Shown here piece by piece: positions 12,054 to 25,570 of a DNA stretch of 64,000 bases (position 1 is its first letter; each line of letters opens with the position of its first letter). The notes under the pieces were generated by a model. The model had not been told where the DNA came from. It searched no databases and worked only from the letters and a program-made list of their open reading frames with translations. This DNA is from Sphyrna mokarran. Its lineage: Eukaryota. A program made the position numbers and the translations under genes. Location of the stretch: positions 126,046,001-126,110,000 of the forward strand of contig JAGIQG010000001.1 in NCBI GenBank assembly GCA_024679065.1. The letters are read 5' to 3'.

Positions 12054-12917
12054 TGTTAGGGACCAGATGAGAAAATCTAAGGTATCTTAGGAAGTTAACC
12101 TCACCTCCAACTATTTTTGATTTTGGCATTAGTATGAACATAAGGTATTCCACTCCAGGTGTGATTCTATTGACTCACTGGGAAGATTTTATTAAAACAA
12201 ATTTTATTTAACAACACAATTAAAATATAACAAAAAGAATTAGCATAACTTTTACCAACAAATATTTAAACCTAACAAAGTATAATTCTTAACTGTTAGC
12301 TATTTCTATTAGTTGTGGTTTAAGCAATATCCCAATAGATGTAAACCCGACTTCAGAACTAGTTAGCAAGACACACAGGCTTATGTGAATTCCCAGCCAT
12401 CCAACTTTTTAACCCTTCTGGACAGTTATGCAAAGAGATGCCAGCTTCTGACTCTCAGATATCTGTCTGTCATTAGACAGCAGAACTCCAGGGAAAGGGA
12501 GAAAACACATCTTGCCTTTCTCAGACCCGTGATGAGATACTTCTTTTCTAGCAGGTTTCAGACTTTAATGTCCAGAAACAGAGAGCTACTGCTCCTTTTC
12601 AAATTCAAACTGCAACTGCCTGCTTTTTTTCTTCCATATAAGCCTAGCTCCATCCAGTTATGATTTTCTTCTTGTCAATCAACCTAATCAAACCATACTC
12701 TGAAAACCTCAGGGGATAACCCTAACATGACAAAACTGCATTAGCCTTGATTAAAACAAACATTGCAATAATTAGGAGAAATTAATCTTCTGCACGCTCA
12801 GCATGTGAGCTGCTGGTCATATAACAATTCAGCATCATAATTAGAATTGAAGTGTGAAACAATCCCTTCAGAGGAAACATGGCACAATACATTTCTTAAG
12901 GACATAATACCATGACA
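12054..12917. mobile_element. Probable solo LTR (TG...CA) inserted in a CR1 3' fragment
   Basis: Begins TGTTAGGG and ends ATGACA. The CR1 sequence resumes across it. Imperfect 4-bp TSD (ATGG/ATTG). Confidence 0.5.
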
Positions 12918-13581
12918 ATTGCCTCAATTGAACATGCCTCCACCACATTCTCAGGCAGTGCAAGTTGAGGTGCTGAGGACATTATTCAAATCCTATGGCT
13001 GTTGCTGAGAATTCAAAAATCTGGAATTGACAGCTAGTCTCAGTAATGTGATCATGAAACTATTATCATCCCAGACCCAGCATCAATGGTGAGCCCTTAT
13101 AAGCAGCATGAAGCTATTCATAAATCATGGAGCATCAGCCTGACACCTTTAATATTGACTTAGCCACTAATGCAAATTCCTATCAGCAGTGCAGGGTCTC
13201 AAAAGTCCCATCCAAAAACACAGACAAAATGACAATGGATCTGGGAGAGTCATGCCTAATAATCAGCGAAAGATACTCACATGACTTAGCAAATCCTGCC
13301 CAATAATATCCACAATTATGATTGATAATTACTTGCAGAGTCTAAGAAGTCCTATCCATTAATAATCTGAAATAACCTAAATATTTGAATTTTGTCAGTG
13401 CCTTAATTATACTGAGTGGATGATTTGATTTTAAGATACCAGCTTTTCTTTATAAATAAATTATAAGAATAGCAGTAAACAAACTGAACCATTATACTAG
13501 AATAAGGTCACACAAGATGATATATTGTTTTAAGAATAATGTTCTGTATGATATAATAATTGTGGGCAATTTTAATTTTTA

Positions 13582-14065
13582 TATGGATTGGACAAATCAG
13601 ATAGGCAAAGGTAGCCTTGAGAATCAGTTCATGGAATTTACTTGGAACAGTTCCTCCACAGAATCATAAATCATAGAACTACTACCAGCTTCAGGGACCT
13701 GGATTCAATCCCTGGTTTAGGTCACTGTCTGTGAGGAGTTTGCACATTTTCATTGTGTCTGTATGGGTTTCATCCAAGTACTGTGGTTTCCTCCCACACT
13801 TCAATGATGTGTGGGTTAAGTTGATTGGCCATGCTAATATTGCCCTTAGTATCCTAAGATGCTTAGGTTAGAGGGATTAGCAGGTAAAATATGTAGGGTT
13901 GTGGGAGTAGGGCCTAAATAGGATTGTGGTTGGTGCAGACTCGAAGAGCCTCTTTCCGCACTGTAGGGTTCTATGATTTATGATTCTGTGGAGGAACTGT
14001 TCCAAGTAAATTCCATGAACTGATTCTCAAGGCTACCTTTGCCTATCTAATTTGTCCAATCCATA
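13582..14065. repeat. 98-bp inverted repeat (13582-13679 / 13968-14065) enclosing a SINE
   Basis: Arms are reverse complements with one mismatch by manual comparison. SINE body on the plus strand at about 13680-13987. Confidence 0.92.
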
Positions 14066-14679
14066 CCACTGGATTCAATAACCAGGGATTGAATCCAGGT
14101 CCATGTTGCCCAGTTCCTTGGTTCAATATATTCTGGAATCAACCAGGAAAAAGACTTGGGCCAGGAGTTTACTACCCTATCAGTCTGAATGGAGATTTAA
14201 ATGGCTCACTGTATCCACCAAGGGGAGACATGCTGTGGCAGGACCATAAAGTCGTGGCCCTCATAACATGCAGTGGGAAAGGATTAACTAATGATCTCAT
14301 AATAAATGATCCTCCAGACGAGTAATCATAGCAAGGTAACATTTTACATTAGGTTTGAGAGCAAGAAATCTTGGTCTGAAACTAGTTTCCTAAATTTACA
14401 TAAATGCAATTACAAGGGTAATGGGGTCATGCAGAAAACTGAAGTTAGGACCATAAACAAATCAACCATGCTGCTACTGAATGGCAGAACTGGCCCAAGT
14501 GGCCAAATGGCCTACTTCAGCTTCTATTTCTGATATTCTTGTGTTGGAAATTGCTAAATTGCACATCAGAACAGTATTCCATTTTCTAACAGCCCTGAAT
14601 CTATTCTCTGCATGCATTTATCAATATCCCCTATATCTCTGGGGAGGGGACTCTTGGCTTCAGTGACTTGTGCTTGAAT

Positions 14680-15520
14680 GTGATAAAAGGTCAGTGCAAT
14701 ATTGGCAAATAGAATTCAACCCAGAGAAGTTTGAGGCAATGCAGTTTGGGAGGATAAACTGGGCAAAGGATTACATAATAAATCGGATGGTACTGAGAGG
14801 TGTAGGAAAGAGAGACTCCTTGGTGTGAATGTCTCTGAAGGTATCAGGAGAGGTTGATGATGATAAAGAAGGCATATGGAATATTTTCAAACTTATAAAA
14901 TCCTAAAGGGGCTCGACAGGATAGATACTGAGATGTGTTCACTAGTGGGACAGTCCTGGATAAAGGGACATAGCTACAAAAAAGAGTCAGTCATTTAAAG
15001 CTGATGTGTGTAGAAAGTTCTTCTTGCAGAGGGTGCTGAATCTCTAGAATTCTCTGTCCCATAGGGTAGTGAAGACTGGGTCAGTAGAAGTATTTAAAGT
15101 GATGATAGATAAATATTTGATAAATAGACCAATAGAGGGCAATGGGGAAATGGCACAGAAAACAAGTCGAGGTGGGCATGTATCAGCCATGATCGTATTG
15201 AATGGCAGGACAGGCTTAAAGGGTCTACTCCTGCTTCTATTTCTTGTGTGTTCTAATGTCATGTGTTTTCATTTCTTAACCAAATCATATAAGAACAGGA
15301 GGTTATGCTGGAACTATTTAAAACAGTAGTTAGGTCGCAACCAGTATTGTGTGCAGTTCTGGTCACCTCACTACAGAAAGGATGTAGGTGTATTAGAGAG
15401 GGTACAGAGGAAATTTATGAGAATGGAAAATTGCAGTCATGAGGAAAGATTGGATAAGTGGAATTTTTCTGCTTGGAACAGGGGGAGGCTGAGGTGAGTT
15501 TTAATTGAGATGTACCAATC
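14680..15520 (+). mobile_element. Nested degenerate CR1 fragments
   Basis: TATTGTGTGCAGTTCTGGTCACC (YCVQFWSP) and CR1 3' UTR similarity. Confidence 0.75.
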
Positions 15521-16994
15521 AACTAATCTACCAGGGCAGCGCCTCAGCAATCCTAATAATCCGTTGCAAAGCAGGTTGCTGGATTGTCCTGCTGATCTGG
15601 AAAGCCCTCTGAACAGTAGTTCCCAGTTCCATATATGCAGCATGAAATTGCATGACAGCAATCAGAGCTTCCAGTCCAGAAAATTATAGGACTTCAGTTT
15701 GAGCTTCCATTACAATACATTTTTTATCCATTTACTGGATGTGGGTGTCACTGGGCTAAGCCAGCATTTATTGCTATCCCTTGTTGTCCTTGACCTTGGG
15801 TGGCTACTGCTTGTACCATGTTGGAAAAGGTGGGATCTAAGTTAATGCTATTCCAATTTGGTGCCAAACTCCTTTGTGTCCTTGAAATTAAACTTTCTCA
15901 GTGAATTATATTTTTAAGTGTGTACATTCATTAGCTTTCTCCCTTATTCTGGCATTTGGGTTTTACTCAGCAGAATGATGAGCTGGAATCTGCATTCTGC
16001 CTTCCCTACTTGCAGTGCACATGTGCCCGGTTGTCGATCCAATCCCTAAATTATGCACAGCATCAACATCGAACCGGTGGCTGTGATTGTGAAATCAAGT
16101 GACATCCTGGCAGGTGGTAATGTTGGCTATCTGAAAGGGAAAATGAACAATTGTATAGTTGTGTTGTGGAGAGAGAACAGGCCAAGAGATACATGCCTAC
16201 ATCATCTGCAGTTTGTAAATTAAAAGAGATTGTCAGATGAGGGGGAAATAGAATGAGAGAAGGAGAATTAAGTATGAAAATACCTTCAGTGGCTTCAATC
16301 CAACTGGCCACAGTGTCAGTAATGGCTCTTCCACAAAGACCAGGGCCCAGATTTTTGCCAGGACGAGACAGAAATGGCCAAAATTTCTAAGTCCCACCGC
16401 AGAATCAAACATTTCCCATCTCCACAGGGATAGAGTGGAGTTGGGCTGGGATATGCAAAATTTGCAGTGATAGCTGGCTATTTAAGTCACCGGCTTCCTT
16501 CATGAAGTCGGATTTTAGAAATCCAGGAATGTGAAACATGGACTGTGCAGATTAGACCAGATAAGAAGAGATTTTGGACACCCAGCATATTCTTTTGGAG
16601 AAATAAGGTGCCCTTTTCTACAGGATTCCATGATATCTTTGGAAGAAGTAAGGCATTCTTTAGGTTTGTTAACATCAAACATGATTTTTCATTTTTATGT
16701 TTTATGTTTTAATCATTGGAACTGTCCAGTTGCCAAGGAACTGTCAAAGGGTACTAGGTGAATCAGCATGGAAGCATAAAGACAAAATATGAAGGCATAG
16801 ATTTGCATGAAACGGCACTAAGTTAGCACAGCAGATATGAGGGACCATGAGGGTGGGTAGAGGGACATGGATGGCAGAGGGAGTATGAAGAGTGATGAGT
16901 AGGTGGATGGGTGAACTGGTTGGCATGGATGGGGAACAGGGGGTTTGTCAGGGAGAATGAGAGCTGGAGCACAGCAGCACGGCACCTAGATTTT

Positions 16995-17341
16995 AGTAGC
17001 ATGGTAGCATAGTGGTTAGCACTGCTGCTTTACAGCTACAGGGACCTGGGTTCGATTCCCGACTTGGGTCACTGTCTATGTGGAGGTTGCACATTCTCCT
17101 TCTGTCTGAGTGTGTTTCTTCCGGTGCTCTGGTTTCTTCCCACAGTCCAAAGATGTGTGGGTTACATTGATTAGCCATGCTAAAAATTGCCCCTTAAGGT
17201 CCTGAGACATGTAGATTAGAGGGATTAGCAGGCAAATATGTAGGAATGTGGGCATAATGCCTGGGTGGGATTGTGGTCGGTGCAGACTCTTGGGCCAAAT
17301 GGCCTCCTTCTGCAGTGTAGCATTTCTGTGATTCTATGATT
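16995..17341 (+). mobile_element. HE1/V-SINE-like SINE (CR1-type tail)
   Basis: TGGTAGCATAGTGG A box, GGTTCGATTCCC B box, GATTCTATGATT tail. Confidence 0.9.
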
Positions 17342-19194
17342 CACAGAAACCAGCCTTCCACCCAGCCCAGCCTCCATTTTTGATCCAGGATCATCTGCCC
17401 CAAATCCTATTTCAGCCTGCACTGCCTACCCAGTCTTCCATTCCTGGTCAAAAATCCAACCTTCAGGAGGACATTTTAAAATTGAATTTCCAAAGCTGGG
17501 AGATCTACCATCTCCACACATCCACTCCAGGATAAAAAACCTTGAATTAGTAAAACAAACTCAAGCCAAGGATCGATAAAGCTTTTTTGCCAAAATATGC
17601 CACAGTTCAGAGCTGCCAGAAATGTAAGCACCATTTACAGTTGATAAGCTAGTATAAAGTCCGCTGTTTTTATTAAGTAAATTAAACATCTTTATCCATT
17701 TATTAAACAATTATTCTTATAAACTGTTATATGCACCAATTGCTGATTTTGTCAGTCGTATTGAATCTTGTAGATTATTACATTTTTTATAGTAAAAGTG
17801 ATAACATACCTGTATCAAATGAGCCTGAGGACCACTTAGTGAATATTTGATCCTAGACGTCAAAACTGTGATGATATTTTGATGGCTATGTTACTTTATC
17901 ATCACTGCACAGCTTCCAATGCTCTATTCTTTTCAAAACTATTTATTGAAATTTCATTTGTTTTATAGACTATTCTCTGTTAGCAGGATGTTAATGGTGT
18001 ATATTTCAAGTGCAGAAAGCAAGTCCAAACAAATTACCCAACGAAATCATGTGACTACCTGGATGGTCGAAGGTGAATCAGTTTGGCCTTGCTTGGCCTT
18101 TTCTCATCCCTTAATTCCCACATTTTCATTGTCCTAAAATTCGCCTTGCAAATAAATGAGCACTGACACATTGGTCTTAGCATGAAAAGCTCTTAAAATA
18201 CCTCCTTTTCACTTACACCTACATTCTTTAATACAGCAGAATCTATGAGTATGACTCTAACCTAAAATTGATTGCAAACTGTATTTTTTTGAAATAAAAT
18301 GGAGTGAATGCCTATTGAAATGTGTAATAAAGATTTGTCAATGTACAGACAGATATTAAGCATTTTATATTGAGAGGCACTATTTTCTATTGAACTGCAA
18401 AAAGCATTTCACAATTTCATGTTTACTCTTAACAAACAGTAAAAGATTAAGCTTCAGAAGTTGTTAGTTTCATTTTAACAGGAGTGATATACCAGTCAGT
18501 TACATGATAAATAAATGGTAACATTGGAATTTAGTTAACGAAATAAAATTTCACTATGTTCTTAAGTAAAACAAAAGTGCAGATGCTGGAAATTTACAGC
18601 AGGTCAGGCAACATCTGTGGAAAGAATAGACAGGTTAAAGTTCTGTAGACGTCATTAGATACAAAAGGTTGGGTGGAATTTAACGCACCCATTAGCCACG
18701 AATGCAAATCCTATAATGGTCAAGAACAGGATTTGGACAGCAAGATATCTGATTGAAATCTGTCTGGGCTTGAACGTTTACATAGTTTCTGCCTGAACTA
18801 CCTGCCCTACTTGACCCCTTAGTTTGCTTTTAATTACCCTGTCCCATGTTTTTATGAATATTTCTGCAGGTTAATTTATCTGTATGAAATTGGATTGGAT
18901 TTTATGTGAAAATGTTTTCTTGCCATAATATGCATCTCCCCTCCAAACAAAATTTGCACAGCAGAATGCTCACACCAATATATTACTAAGGTGATTTTGT
19001 AATTTGGCATTCTTGGCACTGAATCTTCCTTGATTAGAGAGAGGAAGCAGATGGACATTGAGGTCAGTGTGTCTGATTCATGGCCTCCTGAGTTTTTGAT
19101 CTTCAAATTAGTAGATGGAAGTCTGCTTGCCCTGTCAATAAGGCTGCATGACATAAATTTTAACTCTTAAATTTAATTCACTATTTTTTCAGTG

Positions 19195-19612
19195 GCAACT
19201 TTGGTTGCTTTGATGAAACTTGGTTCTCTGGGTCACAAGATTCTGGATTCAAGTCCCATTCCAGGACTTGAACAAAAAAAAATCAAAGCTGACACTCTGG
19301 TGCAATACTAAGAGAGTGCTACAATACTAAAAATGCTGTCTTTTGGATGAGATCTTAAACTGAGGCCATATCTGCCTACCTATGTGGATATGAAAGATTC
19401 AGGGCATCATTTCAAAGGAGAGCAGGAAACCTATCTCATTTTCTAACCAATATTTTCTCCCAATCAACTTACCAAAATGGATTTGGTTGTTATTATATGG
19501 CTGCTTGTTGGAATGCGTACAAATTGGCTGCGGCATATCTTATATCACAGCACTGACTACATTCCAAAAGTATTTAATTGCCTGAGACATCCTGTGGTCA
19601 TGAAAGACAGAT
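19195..19612 (+). mobile_element. SacSINE1-like DeuSINE
   Basis: tRNA-like head (GGATTCAAGTCCCA) and a Deu-domain-like core TGCTGTCTTTTGGATGAGATCTTAAACTGAGGCC. Confidence 0.7.
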
Positions 19613-21549
19613 CTTTCACCTCATCACAGACCTACTTTGATGTCACCTTAGGTTCTTTTTAAATTTGTTCTTGACTCAAATTTTTGCAAAGAAGATGTAG
19701 ATGTGTATTTCATGTGGAAGCATTTTTCCAGCCTGCCCACCCCCAAAAACCCAGCTGCCTAATTCCCAAGAAAATAGAATCATGGAGCCCAAGCTGAAGT
19801 AAGTCTGGCATTTGAATGAGCCTGACTGGGAGACCATAGTGAGGGGTGAGGGGGGAGGGTTCAGGGTTAGAGGGGTTGGGGAGGGTTAAAAGGGATGGTC
19901 TGATCTTGGGGTGAGGTGACCTCTATTGAGCACAGGAGAGTGTGTAAAGAAGATCCCTCCCCTCCAGCACACACACACTCTCTTGCCCAGATGTAATCTG
20001 AGAGGTGATTGCTGCTAGGTTACCAGCCTTGCCCCTGCGTTTCCTTACCACACACAAAATGGCAACAAGGCAGAATGAGGCCCTTAAGGTGCAATTAAGT
20101 GGCCGTTAATATTTTACAACCCCCACCTCTTCCCAAGCTTAAAATACACTGACCAGGAATCAAATTACCAGCCCTTGGAGCTGTGATAGTGAAATATTAA
20201 TTAGGTTAAAAGTGTGGAAATATTAAATTAAAAATGCATCACATAGCACAGATTAGTAAAAAAGCAGCTGAACATCACTTGAGAACCAATATATTGCTTT
20301 TGCTTTGTACCTAGCAAAGGTAATCCTAATTCTAGGGATTACATTAACTTGGACAGCAATTTCCTATCACTGTCAGGACACAACCCAAATGCCAGTCTAC
20401 TGCATACAGTTGCAGTATTTATTTGTCAGGTTGCCTGCAATTATAACTGTTTATAAATAAATATTACTGGTCCTATATTTGATATTCCTTTGTCTATACT
20501 ACTTTACCAATTTTAATGACTGTGCTAAGTCACTGTTAACTGAAATGTAACACAAGTCTCAGTGAGGTGTGATATTCACATAATGCTTGAACTATCACTG
20601 AGATGTATAACAATGCATATATTGCACAAATATCCATATATCCTTTATTTATGCCAAAAGTTTGTGTGCATCTTTTTATTTTTGTTTGCTGCAATATCAG
20701 GTGAATTAGCGTACTTTTTTCATTTGTAATAAAAAAATCTTTTCTATTGTAGACAATAACAATTTACTGTTCTTCCTGTACAGCAAAAGAGTCATTTCAT
20801 GGGCTTGTGCATCCCAGTTAGGCAGCAGAGAGTAAAGGGCTGCCAGGTTTTCTAAGATACAAGATGTCATTGAGGGCAAATATGTCACATTGAAGATGAA
20901 CTGCAGACATGCATTCACTTATGTGAACAAGAGAAGATTCATTGATATGCAGACTGTTCTTGATACCACTCATTGGGTCATTCATGTTATCCTGATGTCT
21001 TCATCCTCCAATATTCAGCACTTCTTCGACTCTTCAGGGAAGGTGCCTAATGGGATATAAGGCATGACCTTAGTCCCATGACTAATGATCCCAATTTAAC
21101 CAACCTGAGCCCAAGCCTAGGAGCAGAAGAATAAGACCCGGACCAATAATTGAAAGGACCAATGATTTGCTGAAAGTGCTCTTTCAATGCCTGTAAGATA
21201 GGATGGGTTTCTACAATACATATAAGACAGAGTGTCCAGATTTTTCAAAATTTTCTGTGCCTTTCAAAATGTTGTCATCAGAGGTTACATATTGGCAGTC
21301 ATTCAAGGTGCAGATGCCACCTCCTCCCAGGTGGCATACTTTGTATTCCTTTGCCAGATTTATGAAATACAGTCTTTGCCTGTTGGCTTCAATTTTGTCT
21401 GTAAGATCTTGGACTCTGATCTATAACCCTTCCCTACAGTCCACTGCACACAAATGGCAATTCACTGATCATATTGCTGCCAAAATATAATCACAATAGT
21501 GATGAGAAATGCAGTAGGTAATTTGAGAAAGAGCACAGAGTGATTATAT

Positions 21550-22540
21550 TATGAACATACACACTTGGCCTTCAAGCCTACTTGGCCACTCAATAATCAG
21601 ATCATGGCTGATCTGATTACAACCCCTGCCTATACGTGATAACCTTTCACCCCCTTGTTAATCAAGAATCTATCAAGATCTGCTTTAAAAATATTCAAAG
21701 TTTCTACTTCCACCGCCTTTTGATAAAAAGAGTTGCAAAGGCACCCAACCCCCTAAGAGAATCTTAAATGAACAACCCCTTTTAAACCATAATCCCTAGT
21801 TCTAGATTCTTCCAGAATAAAAAAATTCTTTCCATCCTGTCAACCACTCAGGATCTTAAAGGTTTCAATCAATTACTCTTCTGAATTCCAGTAAATACAA
21901 GCCTAATCTGTCCAACTTTCCCATATAAGACAACTCAACCATTCCAGGTATTAGTCTAGTAAACCTTCTTTGAACTGCTTCTAATGTACCCATATCTTTC
22001 CTTAAATGTGGAGCCCAATGCAATACACAATGTTCCATATATGATTTTATCAGTGCTCTATAGAAGTGAAGCACAACTTCCCTATTTTTGTAATCATTCC
22101 TCTCAAATAAATAATAATATTCTAATAACTTCCAAAATTACTTTTTGCACTTGCATATTAGTCTTTTGTGTTATGCACTCTGACGCTCAGATCCCTCTGA
22201 ATCTCAGAGTTCTGCAATGTCTCACTATTTAGGTAATACATTTCTATTTTTATTCTTCTTGCCCAAATGGACAATTTCACATTCTCCTACATCATACTTA
22301 ATTTGTCAGATCTCTGCCCACTCACCTAACCTATTTAAGTCCATTAGTCGCCTCCTTATTCTCTCTCCACAACAGCTTCAACAGTTTTCTCAGATCCACT
22401 TCACTGCTGATTGCAATTTTTCTGATGTCTCCTTCCCTTTCACTTTATGATTCACAGTTATTTCTGATATGTTACTTATATCCTTTCTGGTGAAGACTGT
22501 TGCAAAATACCTGTTCAATTAATCTACTATTTCCCTACTA
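21550..22540 (-). mobile_element. Degenerate CR1
   Basis: ORF 21865-22074 (YRALIKSYMEHCVLHWAP...VQRRFTRLIPGM). Confidence 0.85.
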
Positions 22541-22544
22541 CAGC

Positions 22545-23145
22545 ACATTCTTGGCAGTGAGCATGCATAACAGTTCACACTCAGCTGACAAATTAAGCAA
22601 TTGTTTAGCTCAATAGTTCATGAATCCAACAAATTGTTGCATTGCTTTCATAGCACTGTGTCACTGCGACAACTCTCACCTTGTCAGCGTCTAGACAAAG
22701 ACCTTTTTGCCGTCAATTCATAACTGATGTACTTGGCTTCAGGCATCTTCAGTTGCAATTTGTTCTTGTTCAGCTTCAAATTTATCTGGTGAGCTCTCTC
22801 TGTCAGTCATATTAAATTTATATCATAGCCTGCTAGGCATCATAAGTTGCGTCTCCACATCCATAGGCTAACTGATTGTCCAATATGATTTCCACCCTGT
22901 GAAGATCATTGACTATCTCATGTTGTCTGCAATCATGTTCTTCTGGAGAAATGAATCTGCTAAAAGGCATGTACAACCATTCTGTGTCCCCTGAACAGCA
23001 TCCAGAACATCATTAGAAAGCTGAATTTCATTAGAAATTCAGCATCACTTGCCAGTAACCATAACTCCAGAGTTTCCTTCTTGCCATTGCATTGGGTCAG
23101 ATTAATCTGTCCTCTTGGTATGAGTATCATGCTATCATATAGTCT
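22545..23145 (-). mobile_element. Ty3/Gypsy RT relic
   Basis: Frameshifted minus-strand translation resembles MPF...PEE...RQHEIV.DL..VE.I.D...YGCGD...NLKLNK.KL...VKYI. Confidence 0.6.
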
Positions 23146-23169
23146 CAGTCTTAATTTTGAGGGTTTCAT

Positions 23170-24290
23170 TTATTTATTAATTTATGGGATATGGGCGTCG
23201 CTGACTGGGCCAGCAATTATTGCTCATTGCTTGGTTGCCCTTCAGAAGGTAGTGCTGAGCTGCCTTCTTGAACTGCATGATGTAGAGATGCCGGCGTTGG
23301 ATTGGGGTAAACTCAGTAAAGTTTTGTGTTGCAAAACTTTACTGAGTTCTTGAACTGCTACAGTCCTTGAATATAGGGTCACCCGCTATATTGTTAGGGA
23401 AGAAATTCCAGGATTTTGACCAGCAACAGTGAAGAAACGGCGATATGTTTCCAATTCAGGATGATGAATGACATGAAGGGGAGCATCTAGCAGGTGGTGC
23501 TCCCAGGTATCAGCTGCTCTTGTCATAAATGATAGTGGTCATGGGTTTGGAAGGTATTGCCTCAGGAACTTTGATGAGTTCCTGCAATGCATCTTGTAGA
23601 TGGGTACATTCAGTTACCACAGGTGAAAGGATTGAATGTTTTGTGAAAGGGGTAGCAATCAAGCAGGCTGTTTTGTCCTGGATGATAAAAAAAGGTTATT
23701 TATGAGCCGCAAGTAAGGCTTACATTAACACTGCAATGAAGTTATTGTAAAATTCCACTAGTCATTGCACTCCGGCATCTGTTCCGTGAATGCACTAACC
23801 AGCACATCTTTCAGACGGTGGAAGGAAACCAGACCATCCGGAGGAAATCCATGCAGACACTGAGGAAAAAAATGCAAACTCCACACAAGATTGTGACCCA
23901 AGCCAGGAATTAAATCCAGGTCCCTGGCGCTGTGAGGCAGCAGTGCTAACTACTGTGCCACCATGCCAGCATTAAGCTTCTTGACTGTTGTTGGATCTGT
24001 GCTCATCCAGGCAAATGGAGCATATTCCATCACACTCCTGGTTTCTGCAGACGGTGGATATGCTTTGGTGGTTAGGAGTTGAATTACTCGCTGCTAGATT
24101 TATAGCTTTTGAACTACTCTTTTAGTCACAGTATTTATATGGCTTGTCCTGTTCAGTTTCTGGTCAATGGTAATCCTCAAGATGTTGATAGTGGGGATTC
24201 AGCAATGGTAATGACATTGAATGTCAAGGAGCAATTGTTAAATCCTCCCTTGTTGGAGATGGTCAATGCCTGGCATTTGTGTGGCATTTA
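23170..24290 (-). mobile_element. CR1-clade LINE 3' fragment, interrupted by an alternative-tail SINE (23697-23967, minus)
   Basis: Homologous to 34410-35080 and 46160-46690. The SINE head and tail are recognisable. Confidence 0.7.
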
Positions 24291-24994
24291 TGCATGAATC
24301 GCAAAAACCCAGTCTGCACATGCAGTAGGTGATCAAGAAGGTGAATGAAGTGTTGGCCTTTATAGCGACGGAGATAGAATATAAAATCAAGGAGGTCTTG
24401 CTGCAACTGTACAGGGTACTGGTGAGGCCACAACTGGAGTACTGTGTGCAGTTTTGGTCGCTGCATTTGCAGAAGGATATATTGGCCTTGGAGGGAGTGC
24501 AGAGAAGGTTCACTAGGCTGATACTGGAGATGAGGGGGTTAGCTAATGAGGAGACATTGAATAGACTGGGTCTGTACTCATTGGAGTTTAGAAGGCTAGG
24601 AGGGGATCTTATAGAGACATATAAGATAATGAAGGGGATGGATAAGGTAGAGGTAGAGATTCTTCCTGCTTAGAAAGGATAGCAGAACTAGAAGGCACAG
24701 CCTCAAAATAAGGGGAGGAGGGGTGCAGTTTAGATCTGAGTTGAGGAGGAACTTCTTCACTCAAAGGATGGTGAGTCTGTGGGATTCTCTGCCCATTGAA
24801 ATGGTGGAGGCTACCTCACAGAATATATTTAAGTCACGGATAGATAGGTTTCCGATAGACAAGGAATTAAGGATTATGGGGAGAAAGCGGGAAAGTGGAA
24901 CTGATTCACTGCAGATCACCCATGATCTTATTGAATGGTAGGGCAGGCTCGAGAGGCTAGATGGCCAACTTCTGCTCCTATTTCTTATGTTCTT
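24291..24994 (+). mobile_element. CR1 3' fragment
   Basis: ORF 24329-24673 (LYRVLVRPQLEYCVQFWS), followed by a TTCTTATG tail. Confidence 0.9.
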
Positions 24995-25440
24995 ATCACA
25001 TACCGTTCCAAGATCTTATTTTCTCTCTCAACTCTAGCGTCAAATAGATAATGTTCATATGTAAAATTAACTCAGGTTCAAAACATGTGTTCAAGGTGCT
25101 CATAATCTCTGCCATCCCTTGTCTTTGTTTGTCAGTTAGATTTAGGTTGGTATACACTTTGTAGCAGTCTCTCCCCAGCAATATTAAAAGCTTCTCTTCA
25201 AGCTTGTCAATTAAGTCTGTTACAATCTCATACTTTTACCATTGCATGCAGAAAAACCTCCCTTTTTGCCACACAAAACTAGGGATGGAAATGGAAGATT
25301 CAGCGCAGCCATTATTTTTGTTCCTTTTCAGCAGCTTTTTATTGCAGATTTAACCTTTCTGTGTTTTGGGGGGTTTTTCAGTGGCTTCTTTGCATTATTT
25401 CCAGAGTTGAAAAATCTATTTTTTCTCTACTTTCTGACAC
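24995..25440 (-). mobile_element. Ty3/Gypsy gag relic
   Basis: ORF 24996-25181 (LGRDCYKVYTNLNL...LNTCFEP) resembles a Gypsy gag N-terminal region, on the same strand as the RT relic. Confidence 0.5.
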
Positions 25441-25443
25441 AAT

Positions 25444-25570
25444 GGCCAGAATTTTATCGGTGCACCGGCCTTGATTCCAGGGGCGGGCAAGACTCAGAGA
25501 ACAGCATTCTCTGTTGGCCTCAAGTAGGATCAAGTGAAACTCGTGTGCTCAGGTTGGTAAAATTCCACCC
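25444..25570. mobile_element. 127-bp MITE, PIF/Harbinger-like; inverted homolog at about 25752-25877
   Basis: Imperfect TIRs GGCCAGAATTTTATC / GGTAAAATTCCACCC, flanked by a 3-bp AAT duplication. Confidence 0.6.

Noticed and set aside
13582-14065. DNA transposon with 98-bp TIRs
   Set aside because: The left arm is contiguous CR1 sequence plus SINE tail, and no TSD flanks the arms. Better explained as a local inverted duplication.
16995-17070. tRNA genes suggested by A/B boxes
   Set aside because: All such boxes in the window are heads of SINEs followed by SINE body and tail, with no cloverleaf.
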